From the NCBI GenBank assembly GCA_023264565.1, contig JAHFLV010000004.1, forward strand, positions 13,408-48,027: a stretch of 34,620 nucleotides of DNA, in the 5' to 3' direction. The stretch is from Candidatus Zambryskiibacteriota bacterium. GTDB lineage: Bacteria; Patescibacteriota; Minisyncoccia; Phycocordibacterales; DATGWK01. Below are positions 16,631-24,622 of this stretch, piece by piece (the stretch's first letter is position 1; every line of letters starts with the position of its first letter). Under the pieces are notes generated by a model, which did not search any database, was not told the DNA's origin, and saw nothing but the letters and a program-made list of their open reading frames with translations. Made by a program: the position numbers and the translations under genes.

Positions 16631-19459
16631 ATGCAAATTTCAATCAAAAAACGAGACGGCACAAAAGAACTGTTCAATGCCGACAAAATCAACCGTTCAA
16701 TCGAACGTGCCTGCGAAGGTCTTTTTGATCCAGTCAGCAAAGTCACACAAGTTGCTCTCGAAACTCAACTCACGCTCTACGATGGCATTACTACAGACGA
16801 AATGGATCAGGCAACTATCAATGCCGCGGTCCAAAATATCAAAGAAGATATTGAATTCGACAAAATCGCTACTCGTTTGCTTCTCAAAACTGTCTATCGA
16901 CGCGTAATTGGCGATTTCGACAACGACACCGAAACCCTTCGTCGCAAACATCGCGAAGAATTCATTGGTCATATCAAGCGGGGAGTCGAATCTGGCCTCT
17001 TGGATACTCGAATGGTTGAAAAATACGACCTCCAAAAGCTTTCTGAGGTTTTAGATATTCGTCGAGATGATCTTTTTCAGTACGCCGGCCTTTCTGGTTT
17101 GCTCAACCGCTACATGTTGAAAGACAAAAACCAAGAGCCTTCAGAAACTCCGCAGTATTTCTTTATGCGTTTGGCTATGGGCCTTTCTTACAACGAAGCT
17201 GATCCAACAGCGATGGCCAAAAAGTTCTACAACAAAATGTCTCGCTTCGAGTACATTCCTGGTGGTTCGACAAACCTCGGCGCAGGAACGAGTCGTCCAG
17301 CGCTTTCAAACTGTTTCCTCTTGGAAATTCACGACGACATGAAGCATATTGCAAAGTCTGTTGCTGATGTGCTCCTTCTTTCAAAAGATTCAGGTGGTAT
17401 TGGCGCTTCTATTACCAAACTCCGAGCATCTGGCTCACCACTGAGCTCAAGCAACACGACTTCAAGTGGTCCAACTCCGTTTGCCAAAATTATCGACACC
17501 GCAATCCGTGCAGTGCAGCGAGGAGGTAAGAAAAAAGGAGCGCTCTGTTTCTATATGGAAAATTGGCACATTGATTTCCCAGATTTCCTCAACTGGAAAC
17601 ACAATGCCGGCGATGATTATCTCCGAATGCGAACTGCAAACACCGCAGCATGGCTTTCTGATGAATTCATGAACCGCGTCAAAAAAGGTGAGGACTGGTA
17701 TATGTTCGATCCGAACGAAGTAAAAGATTTAAATGAGCTGTATGGAAAAGCGTTCAGCAAGCGCTATGCAGAATACGTAGCTCAGGCAGAAGCTGGCCAG
17801 CTCCGAATGTTTAAAAAAGTGCCCGCACGAGAGCAGTTCCGTCAGATGCTTGTCTCTTTGCAGACTACATCGCATCCATGGATTACATGGAAAGATTCAG
17901 TCAACAATCGTGCGTTGAATAACAACACGGGTACGATTCATATGTCGAATCTTTGCACCGAAATTTGTTTGCCTCAGGACAAAGATCATATTGCGGTCTG
18001 TAATCTTGCGTCTTTGAACCTTGCAGCCCACATCACCAACCGCGAAATCAACTGGCCGCGCCTCGAAGAATCAGTCAGACTCGCTATTCGTCAGCTCGAC
18101 AATTTGATCGACATCAATAAACTGGCAATTCCAGAAGCGACTCGATCTGACCAAGAAAACCGCGCAGTTGGTTTGGGTGTTATGGGTTTTTCAGACACAC
18201 TCGAACAACTCGGCATGCCGTACGACAGCGAACATGCATGGGATTTTGCAGACCGAATTTTTGAGTTCATTAGCTACATGGCAATCGACGAAAGCGCAAA
18301 CCTCGCCCGCGAACGCGGTGTCTACAAAAACTTCGAAGGTTCTGGTTGGTCAAAAGGCATGGTGCCAATCGACACCATCAAACGCCTCGAAGAAGACCGC
18401 GGTCATGCTGTGACTGTTGCTAAAGAAAGCCGACACAAGGGTTTGAACTGGGATATTTTGCGAGAAAAGGTTCGAAAGGGAATGCGAAATGCGACTTTGA
18501 TGGCCGTTGCTCCAAACGCAAACATTGGTTTGCTTGCCGCAACCACTCCAGGTATCGATCCTCGTTTTGCCCAGGTCTTTTCTCGAAATAAAATTTCTGG
18601 AAAATATCTCGATCTCAATCACAATCTCGTGAAAGATCTCAAGAACATGGGTATTTGGGATAAGGTAAAAGGAGACATCATCGAACAGCAGGGAGATATC
18701 TCAAATATCGACGGCATTCCTCAGCACATCAAAGATATTTACAAAACTTCTTTCACCACCAACCCATACGCATTTATCGAAGTCGCGGCTCGTGCACAAA
18801 AATGGATCGACCAAGCGTTATCTCGAAACATGTATCTCGAAACTCGAGACATTGATGAAACCATGAAGATTTATTCAACTGCATGGGAGAAGGGTGTCAA
18901 AACTACCTACTACCTCCACATGAAGCCTCGACACACCGCAGAGCAAAGTACTGTGTCAGTAAACAAAGCCAAGAAAATTGGTAAGCTCGGTTTCGGTGCA
19001 GTTGCTTCTCTTGCCCAAAAGTCAGCGGCTCCAGCGTCATTCAGTATGCCTTTGCAAACAACTCTTACTTCCATTCCAACTCCGTCACCAATCACTGTCG
19101 ATGAATTGCAGAAAGAACTTGTGATGGCAAAACCGGCACCTATGGCAACAAAAGAAGAAGATAGCTCATTTGCAAATATGCCAGAAGAACCTCGTCCGAT
19201 GGAAATGGAAATGCCTAGCGTACAGCAGCCTGTAATGCAGCAAGTTGTTATAGAAAAGACTACCCCTGTTTCTTCTGTACAAACCGAAGCCCTTACTCCT
19301 TCAAAACCAGTCGCCTCTGTAGGTTTCGGCGCGGTTAGCAGCGGAATGAGCGGGGGAGTCGCATCACGTCCAATGCAATCTGCTCCAGAAGCGCCAAAAT
19401 TGAAAGTGCATGCACCGAGCGACCCAGCTGAAGAAAATATTTGCGACTCGTGCCAATAG
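16631..19459 (+). CDS. nrdA: Ribonucleotide reductase class I alpha subunit. It has an N-terminal ATP-cone and a roughly 150-aa low-complexity insert before the C-terminal CxxC tail.
   Basis: ATP-cone (IKKRDGTKELFNADKINRSIERA), active-site NLCTEI, YY dyad (TTYYLH, aa 760-761) and terminal ICDSCQ. The adjacent nrdB argues for class I. Confidence 0.92.
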   Translation: MQISIKKRDGTKELFNADKINRSIERACEGLFDPVSKVTQVALETQLTLYDGITTDEMDQATINAAVQNIKEDIEFDKIATRLLLKTVYRRVIGDFDNDTETLRRKHREEFIGHIKRGVESGLLDTRMVEKYDLQKLSEVLDIRRDDLFQYAGLSGLLNRYMLKDKNQEPSETPQYFFMRLAMGLSYNEADPTAMAKKFYNKMSRFEYIPGGSTNLGAGTSRPALSNCFLLEIHDDMKHIAKSVADVLLLSKDSGGIGASITKLRASGSPLSSSNTTSSGPTPFAKIIDTAIRAVQRGGKKKGALCFYMENWHIDFPDFLNWKHNAGDDYLRMRTANTAAWLSDEFMNRVKKGEDWYMFDPNEVKDLNELYGKAFSKRYAEYVAQAEAGQLRMFKKVPAREQFRQMLVSLQTTSHPWITWKDSVNNRALNNNTGTIHMSNLCTEICLPQDKDHIAVCNLASLNLAAHITNREINWPRLEESVRLAIRQLDNLIDINKLAIPEATRSDQENRAVGLGVMGFSDTLEQLGMPYDSEHAWDFADRIFEFISYMAIDESANLARERGVYKNFEGSGWSKGMVPIDTIKRLEEDRGHAVTVAKESRHKGLNWDILREKVRKGMRNATLMAVAPNANIGLLAATTPGIDPRFAQVFSRNKISGKYLDLNHNLVKDLKNMGIWDKVKGDIIEQQGDISNIDGIPQHIKDIYKTSFTTNPYAFIEVAARAQKWIDQALSRNMYLETRDIDETMKIYSTAWEKGVKTTYYLHMKPRHTAEQSTVSVNKAKKIGKLGFGAVASLAQKSAAPASFSMPLQTTLTSIPTPSPITVDELQKELVMAKPAPMATKEEDSSFANMPEEPRPMEMEMPSVQQPVMQQVVIEKTTPVSSVQTEALTPSKPVASVGFGAVSSGMSGGVASRPMQSAPEAPKLKVHAPSDPAEENICDSCQ

Positions 19460-19506
19460 GTCTTACAATTGTCGAACATTAATCAGGATTATTTAAGTAA
19501 AAATAC

Positions 19507-20544
19507 ATGCTACTAGGAAAAGCGTCACCGGAAGATATGTCACTCCACCCACTTCGATACAAGTGGGCGTATGATCTCTACAACACCGCAGTCAGAAATA
19601 CCTGGTTCCCGCACGAAATCGCGCTCAAAGAAGATTTGGATGACTATGCAAAAATGACCGACGATGAACGTCATGCGGTGAAGTTTTTAATGGCCTTTTT
19701 CAACCCAGCAGAGCTCATTGTGAACCGCTCAATTGCGCTCGGAATCTATCCATATCTCAAGTCACCCGAGTGTCATTTGTATCTCGCGAAGCAGATGTGG
19801 GAAGAGGCCAATCACTGTGTGGCCTTTGAATATGTTTTGGAAACGTTTCCATTTGACCGCGCTGGTGTTTTCAATATTCATCTCGAAACCCCATCAATGG
19901 TCGCAAAAGAAGGCTACATCAATAAATATTTGAAGCGCATGACCGAAGAAACCCTCGATATTACGACCGTCGAAGGCAAAAAAGATTTCGTGAGAAACTT
20001 GGTGGCGACAAACATCGTCATGGAAGGAGTTTGGTTTTACTCAGGCTTCATGGTGGCCCTTTCTTTCCGTCAGCGAAACAAACTCCGAAATTTTGGCTCA
20101 ATGATCAACTGGGTGTTGCGAGACGAAAGTTTGCATCTTCAGTTCGGTATCAACCTCATTCACAACATCTTGGAAGAAAATCAGGAACTTTTGACCCAAG
20201 AATTTGCCGATGAAATTCGAAACATTGTTATCGAAGGTGTGAACCTCGAAACTAATTACAACCGAGACTTGTTCCCGAACGGAATTTTGGGTCTCAATGC
20301 CGACTATGTAAATCAGTATGTGCAGTATGTGGCTGATCGCCGTTTGGAAGAACTTGGAATGCCGAAGTACTACAACGTTTCTAATCCTGCAAAATGGATG
20401 TCGACTGCTTCTGACGTCTTCGAGCTCGTGAATTTCTTTGAATCACAAAATACCAGCTATGAAGTCGATACTCGAGCACATACTACTGGAAGTACTCATG
20501 GTGAAAAAAAAGAGGAGACGAAAGTAGAAATGGGTGGGGAATAA
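19507..20544 (+). CDS. nrdB: Ribonucleotide reductase class I beta subunit with a class Ic-like (R2c) signature
   Basis: Ligand motifs: FFNPAE(69)L, EE(100)ANH(103)CVAF(107)EY, MEGVWFYSGF, RDESLHLQ. C-terminal NFFESQNTSYEV. Confidence 0.9.
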   Translation: MLLGKASPEDMSLHPLRYKWAYDLYNTAVRNTWFPHEIALKEDLDDYAKMTDDERHAVKFLMAFFNPAELIVNRSIALGIYPYLKSPECHLYLAKQMWEEANHCVAFEYVLETFPFDRAGVFNIHLETPSMVAKEGYINKYLKRMTEETLDITTVEGKKDFVRNLVATNIVMEGVWFYSGFMVALSFRQRNKLRNFGSMINWVLRDESLHLQFGINLIHNILEENQELLTQEFADEIRNIVIEGVNLETNYNRDLFPNGILGLNADYVNQYVQYVADRRLEELGMPKYYNVSNPAKWMSTASDVFELVNFFESQNTSYEVDTRAHTTGSTHGEKKEETKVEMGGE

Positions 20545-20575
20545 GGATAGAAAGTTTTCTTTAAAAGACAGAAAA

Positions 20576-20598
20576 GCCCTCGTTGTGAGGGTTTTTTC
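20576..20598 (+). terminator. Rho-independent terminator after nrdB
   Basis: gccctc-gttgt-gagggt followed by ttttt. Confidence 0.8.
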
Positions 20599-20602
20599 AT
20601 GC

Positions 20603-20632
20603 TTGACAAAACGCATAAAAACATGCTATAAT
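20603..20632 (+). promoter_or_regulatory. Near-consensus promoter TTGACA, 18-nt spacer, TGcTATAAT
   Basis: ttgaca (20603-20608) and tgctataat (20624-20632). Confidence 0.7.
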
Positions 20633-20704
20633 GGTAGAAGTAAATCAAGTGGTCGCTACAGTTGTGGCCGCATACCCGTTCTTTGATTCTTCAAGGAGAT
20701 TGTC

Positions 20705-20896
20705 ATGTTGGATAATGGTCGTCGTGCGTATCGGAACGCTCTGAGTGTCTTCATCCTGCTGTTTGTTGTTTTCATTGCTTTCGCTTGGGCGAAGACCTCG
20801 GGCGACAAGAGCAAGGCAGCATACGAAGCAGATGTCGTTGCACGCGAGTTCGGTACGTCCTCGGCACAAGACAGCTCAGCTTCGGAGAATCGGTGA
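20705..20896 (+). CDS. Small (63 aa) single-pass membrane protein, hypothetical
   Basis: AAGGAG (20693-20698) lies 6 nt upstream of the ATG. The sequence is MLDNGRRAYRNALSVFILLFVVFIAFAWAKTSGDK... with a TGA stop. It is flanked by its own promoter and terminator. Several overlapping ORFs in other frames lack start signals. Confidence 0.55.
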   Translation: MLDNGRRAYRNALSVFILLFVVFIAFAWAKTSGDKSKAAYEADVVAREFGTSSAQDSSASENR

Positions 20897-20918
20897 AGAG
20901 ATTCACCAACAAAATGCG

Positions 20919-20953
20919 AACACCTAAACCTCACGGTTTGGGTGTTTTTCTTT
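20919..20953 (+). terminator. Rho-independent terminator
   Basis: acacctaaacc-tcac-ggtttgggtgt (one G-U pair) followed by ttttctttg. Confidence 0.75.
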
Positions 20954-20973
20954 GCGTTTTTGTGCCGCCGATT

Positions 20974-20982
20974 TGCTATACT
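20974..20982 (+). promoter_or_regulatory. Extended -10 box TGCTATACT upstream of gap
   Basis: tgctatact, 37 nt upstream of ATG 21020. Confidence 0.45.
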
Positions 20983-21019
20983 TAGTCCATTAAAAAGCAA
21001 AAAATTTTAACATTACCGT

Positions 21020-22054
21020 ATGAGTAAAATCAAAGTAGCGATCAACGGGGCGGGAAGAATTGGCAGAGCGTTTTTGAAAGTTGCGCGAGAACGAAAAGAA
21101 ATTGAAGTAGTGGCCATTAACGACCTCGGCAGCATCGAAAGTATTGCCTATCTTTTGAAATACGACACAGTCTACGGAAATTCTGATTTTACTGTTGAAG
21201 TAAGTCAAGATAAAAAATCTCTCTTGATCGACGGCAAGTCTGTAGCTTTTGTGAGCGAAAAAGAACCGGCTAAACTTCCATGGGGAGCGCTTGGTATCGA
21301 TGTGGTGGTTGAATCAACCGGTTTCTATACTTCATACGAAAAATCCAAAGCTCATTTGGATGCTGGCGCAAAACGTGTAGTTATTTCTGCTCCGGTCAAA
21401 GACGAACCAACTGCTGGTATTCGTGGTGCAACCGTCCTTCTCGGTATTAATGATGAAAAACTCGAAACTTGTGATATCAGTTCCAACGCATCGTGCACAA
21501 CAAATGCCGGCTCTCCGGTCATGGCGATTTTGAATGAAACAATTGGTATCGAAAAGGCCATCCTCAACACCGTGCACGGCTACACTGCCAGTCAGTCACT
21601 CGTCGACGGTCCAAGCAAAAAGGACCTTCGCGAAGGCCGAGCAGCGGCGCAGAACATCGTGCCGTCTTCGACTGGTGCGGCGATTGCGGTTACTCAAGCA
21701 CTGCCAGAGCTCAAGGGAAAATTTGACGGTATTTCTATCCGTGTACCAGTTCCGGCTGGTTCAATTGTAGATATCACCTTCCTCGCTAAAAGAAATACTA
21801 CCGTAGAAGAAATCAATTCTATTTTAACTAAAGCTTCAGAAGAAAAACGTTGGGAGCGAATTTTTACGGTCACAAATGAACCCCTTGTTTCTTCAGATAT
21901 TTTGGGTAACAGTCATGCTTCGATCGCTGATCTCGCATTGACTCGTGTTGTCGACGGAAATCTCGTGAAAGTCATGGCTTGGTACGACAATGAAATGGGG
22001 TACACACATGCGCTGGTGGATCATGTTGTGAAGACTGGTGGTTTTGTTAAATAA
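21020..22054 (+). CDS. gap: Glyceraldehyde-3-phosphate dehydrogenase, type I
   Basis: INGAGRIGR Rossmann motif and SNASCTTN active site. Confidence 0.95.
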   Translation: MSKIKVAINGAGRIGRAFLKVARERKEIEVVAINDLGSIESIAYLLKYDTVYGNSDFTVEVSQDKKSLLIDGKSVAFVSEKEPAKLPWGALGIDVVVESTGFYTSYEKSKAHLDAGAKRVVISAPVKDEPTAGIRGATVLLGINDEKLETCDISSNASCTTNAGSPVMAILNETIGIEKAILNTVHGYTASQSLVDGPSKKDLREGRAAAQNIVPSSTGAAIAVTQALPELKGKFDGISIRVPVPAGSIVDITFLAKRNTTVEEINSILTKASEEKRWERIFTVTNEPLVSSDILGNSHASIADLALTRVVDGNLVKVMAWYDNEMGYTHALVDHVVKTGGFVK

Positions 22055-22059
22055 ATTTC

Positions 22060-22548
22060 ATGGAAACAATACTCATCGCCTCAGATCACGCAGGTTTCGA
22101 ACTCAAAGAAGCACTTATGCCGTTTTTGCGCGACATGGGCTATGAAGTCAAAGATTTTGGTGCCTATGAATTTAACGCGGACGACGATTACCCAGATTTT
22201 ATGGCTCCACTTGCTCGAGAAATCTCTGAAAGCGGCGGCGTGAAGCAGGGGATTATCATTGGTGGATCGGGCCAGGGTGAGGCGATTGTTGCCAACCGAT
22301 TCCGCCACGTGCGCGCGGTTGTGTTTAATGGTCAGTATCATCCAGAGCACGCCGAAGCAGGCCGACACGTGCCACTCGAAGTCAAAACTGCTCGCGAACA
22401 CAATGACGCCAACGTTCTTTCTCTTGGCGCACGCTTTCTTTCAAAAGAAGAAGCTGAAGCCGCTGTTAAAACATTTCTCACTATTCCATTTAGCGAAGGC
22501 GAAAATCACGTTCGACGTCTCAAGAAACTCGACGAAATAAAAATGTAG
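22060..22548 (+). CDS. rpiB: Ribose-5-phosphate isomerase B (the Glu-type found in actinobacterial RpiB)
   Basis: IASDHAGFELKE and GIIIGGSGQGEAIVANR, where the E. coli enzyme has a catalytic Cys (ICGTGVG). Confidence 0.85.
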   Translation: METILIASDHAGFELKEALMPFLRDMGYEVKDFGAYEFNADDDYPDFMAPLAREISESGGVKQGIIIGGSGQGEAIVANRFRHVRAVVFNGQYHPEHAEAGRHVPLEVKTAREHNDANVLSLGARFLSKEEAEAAVKTFLTIPFSEGENHVRRLKKLDEIKM

Positions 22549-22593
22549 CCGCAATGTGCGCCGCAAAATTGTGCGTATTGTAAAACCAAAGCA

Positions 22594-23325
22594 ATGATCG
22601 AAATCATTCCAGCGATAATGCCAAAAAACTTCGAAAACTTGAACGAAGATTTGTCGTTGGTCTCTGGGCTTGTGCCGTTGGTGCAGATCGATGTTATGGA
22701 CGGTGCGTTTGTTCCGAACAAAACCTGGCCGTATATGAAAAGCGCTCCAGGCAGTGAACCTGCAGGCGATCCTGATTTTGCCAAAATACTTCATGAAGAA
22801 GGCGGCTTTCCATTGTGGGAAGAATTAGATTTTGAGGCAGACCTGATGGTCGCAAATCCGGGTGCCGCCGCGAAAGAGTGGATCACTGCGGGTGCCAAAA
22901 GAATTATTCTTCATGTTGAGTCTATGGGCGACGCGGGTGCCGCCAAAGCTTTTGTGCAGGAAATCAAAAATTCTTTACCAAGTCGCGATTCTTTTTTCTA
23001 CACGGAAATCGGTGTGGCGCTAAATCCCGAAACTTCAAACGAAGTCCTTGAGCCGCTCATGGAATATATCGACTTCGTGCAGTTTATGGGAATCGCTAAA
23101 ATCGGTTTTCAAGGCCAGCCGTTTGACGAACGCGTTTTGGAAAAGATTTCTCGTTTGCGGGCAGCACATCCAAACGTTACAATTAGTGTCGACGGAGGTG
23201 TAAATTTTGAGACTGCTAAAAAACTTATTGAAGCCGGTGCGAATCGTTTGGTAATCGGCTCTGCGATTTTTGAAAGCGACGACATTCCGGCCGCGATCGA
23301 TGAATTTTTCCACCTCGTCTCCTAA
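22594..23325 (+). CDS. rpe: Ribulose-phosphate 3-epimerase family protein, divergent: both His metal ligands are replaced
   Basis: Motifs QIDVMDGAFVPNKT, DLMV, KIGFQGQPF, SVDGGV and VIGSAIF align to the Rpe motifs HFDVMDNHYVPN, VHLMV, NPGFGGQSF, EVDGGV and VAGSAIF. Confidence 0.75.
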   Translation: MIEIIPAIMPKNFENLNEDLSLVSGLVPLVQIDVMDGAFVPNKTWPYMKSAPGSEPAGDPDFAKILHEEGGFPLWEELDFEADLMVANPGAAAKEWITAGAKRIILHVESMGDAGAAKAFVQEIKNSLPSRDSFFYTEIGVALNPETSNEVLEPLMEYIDFVQFMGIAKIGFQGQPFDERVLEKISRLRAAHPNVTISVDGGVNFETAKKLIEAGANRLVIGSAIFESDDIPAAIDEFFHLVS

Positions 23326-23373
23326 AAATATTCATAGGCCGTCGCAAGTTTCAATAAAGAATTTTTAAAGAAA

Positions 23374-24243
23374 ATGCCCGAAATCACTGACAAAGAAATA
23401 AAAACTCTCGAAATCAAAGCAAATGAGATTCGTCAATCGATCATTACTATGCTCCTTGAAGCTGGTTCGGGTCATACAGCAGGACCTCTCGGTATGGCCG
23501 ACGTTTTCACCGCTCTCTTTTTTCATATTTTAAATCACAACCCAAAGCGTCCTGACTGGGCTGACCGCGACCGAGTTGTGCTTTCCAATGGCCATATTTG
23601 TCCGGTGTTGTACGCGACTATGGCTCACGCTGGATATTTCCCAATGGAAGAGCTACAGACTCTTCGTAAGTTCGGTAGTCGCCTCCAGGGCCATCCACAC
23701 CGAGAATATCTGACAATGCTTGAAACTAGTTCTGGTCCGCTCGCTTCTGGGCTTTCACAGGCTGTTGGTATGGCACTCGCAGACAAAATCGACAATGGTG
23801 TCGAAAGTCACAAAACCATTTACGCACTTTTGAGCGACGGTGAACACGACTCTGGCCAAATCTGGGAGGCGGCGATGTTGGCGGGAAAAAATCGACTCAG
23901 AAATCTGATTGCGATCGTCGACCGAAATAATATTCAGATCGACGGTTTTACTGAAGACATTATGCCACTCGAACCTTTGGCAGATAAATGGCGAGCGTGG
24001 AACTGGCATGTGCAGGAAATCGATGGGCACAACATGGAAGAGATAATTGATGCTGTGGGCAAGGCAAAAGCTGTTTTTGAAAAGCCATCAGTGATTATTG
24101 CCCGCACGATTCCTGGCAAAGGCGTGCCAGATTTCGAACGCAAATTCGAATGGCATGGCAAACCGCCAAATAAAGAAGAAGCGGCGATGGCGCTGAATGC
24201 GTTGCGAACGTTGGGAGGGAAGATTCGAAGTGAACATGAATAA
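23374..24243 (+). CDS. tkt: Transketolase, N-terminal (TPP-binding) subunit
   Basis: SGHTAGPLGMADV, LSNGH and GDGE-like LSDGEHDSGQIWEA motifs. 289 aa. Confidence 0.9.
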   Translation: MPEITDKEIKTLEIKANEIRQSIITMLLEAGSGHTAGPLGMADVFTALFFHILNHNPKRPDWADRDRVVLSNGHICPVLYATMAHAGYFPMEELQTLRKFGSRLQGHPHREYLTMLETSSGPLASGLSQAVGMALADKIDNGVESHKTIYALLSDGEHDSGQIWEAAMLAGKNRLRNLIAIVDRNNIQIDGFTEDIMPLEPLADKWRAWNWHVQEIDGHNMEEIIDAVGKAKAVFEKPSVIIARTIPGKGVPDFERKFEWHGKPPNKEEAAMALNALRTLGGKIRSEHE

Positions 24244-24274
24244 CTGCGGATAATAATGTGTAATAAAAACTATC

Positions 24275-24580
24275 ATGAGTAAGTGGATACTTGGAACGCC
24301 AATCGTTTTCTTCGCAATCTGGGGAGGAGCCTTTGTTCTGACTCTTCAGGCAAAAAGTGACAGTATTATTGTTAATCTTGCTGTAATAATTCGCATACTT
24401 ATCGAGGTTGTTGCTGAGAAGCTCAGTCCGTTTATAAGTCCTCTAATCGGTACAACATTATACAAATCCTCTTTTTTCTTTGGTGAACCTACGTCCGCAG
24501 GGTTTATATGTCTCATAATTTTTTACCTCATTGTTACTGTTATTGTCGGAGCAATTCTCGGTGCGTTGTTTGGAAAATAA
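24275..24580 (+). CDS. Hypothetical small integral membrane protein (101 aa, about 3 TM helices) between the transketolase halves
   Basis: An open frame that exactly fills the gap between tkt-N and tkt-C. The sequence is strongly hydrophobic, with no recognisable motif and no SD. Confidence 0.5.
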   Translation: MSKWILGTPIVFFAIWGGAFVLTLQAKSDSIIVNLAVIIRILIEVVAEKLSPFISPLIGTTLYKSSFFFGEPTSAGFICLIIFYLIVTVIVGAILGALFGK

Positions 24581-24622
24581 AGAGATGTTTACCAGGAAAA
24601 TTTTATAAACCATTTCACAATC

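Noticed and set aside
18910-19479. 189-aa minus-strand ORF antisense to the nrdA 3' region
   Set aside because: It is the shadow frame of the low-complexity nrdA tail. It has no promoter or SD, and it runs across the nrdA stop into the nrdA-nrdB spacer.
20645-21000. Minus-strand ORFs of 74 aa and 114 aa, and plus-strand ORFs 20745..20927 and 20785..20985
   Set aside because: None has an SD or promoter. They run through the terminator or promoter elements of the plus-strand 63-aa unit, which is the only frame with a complete promoter-SD-ATG-terminator set.
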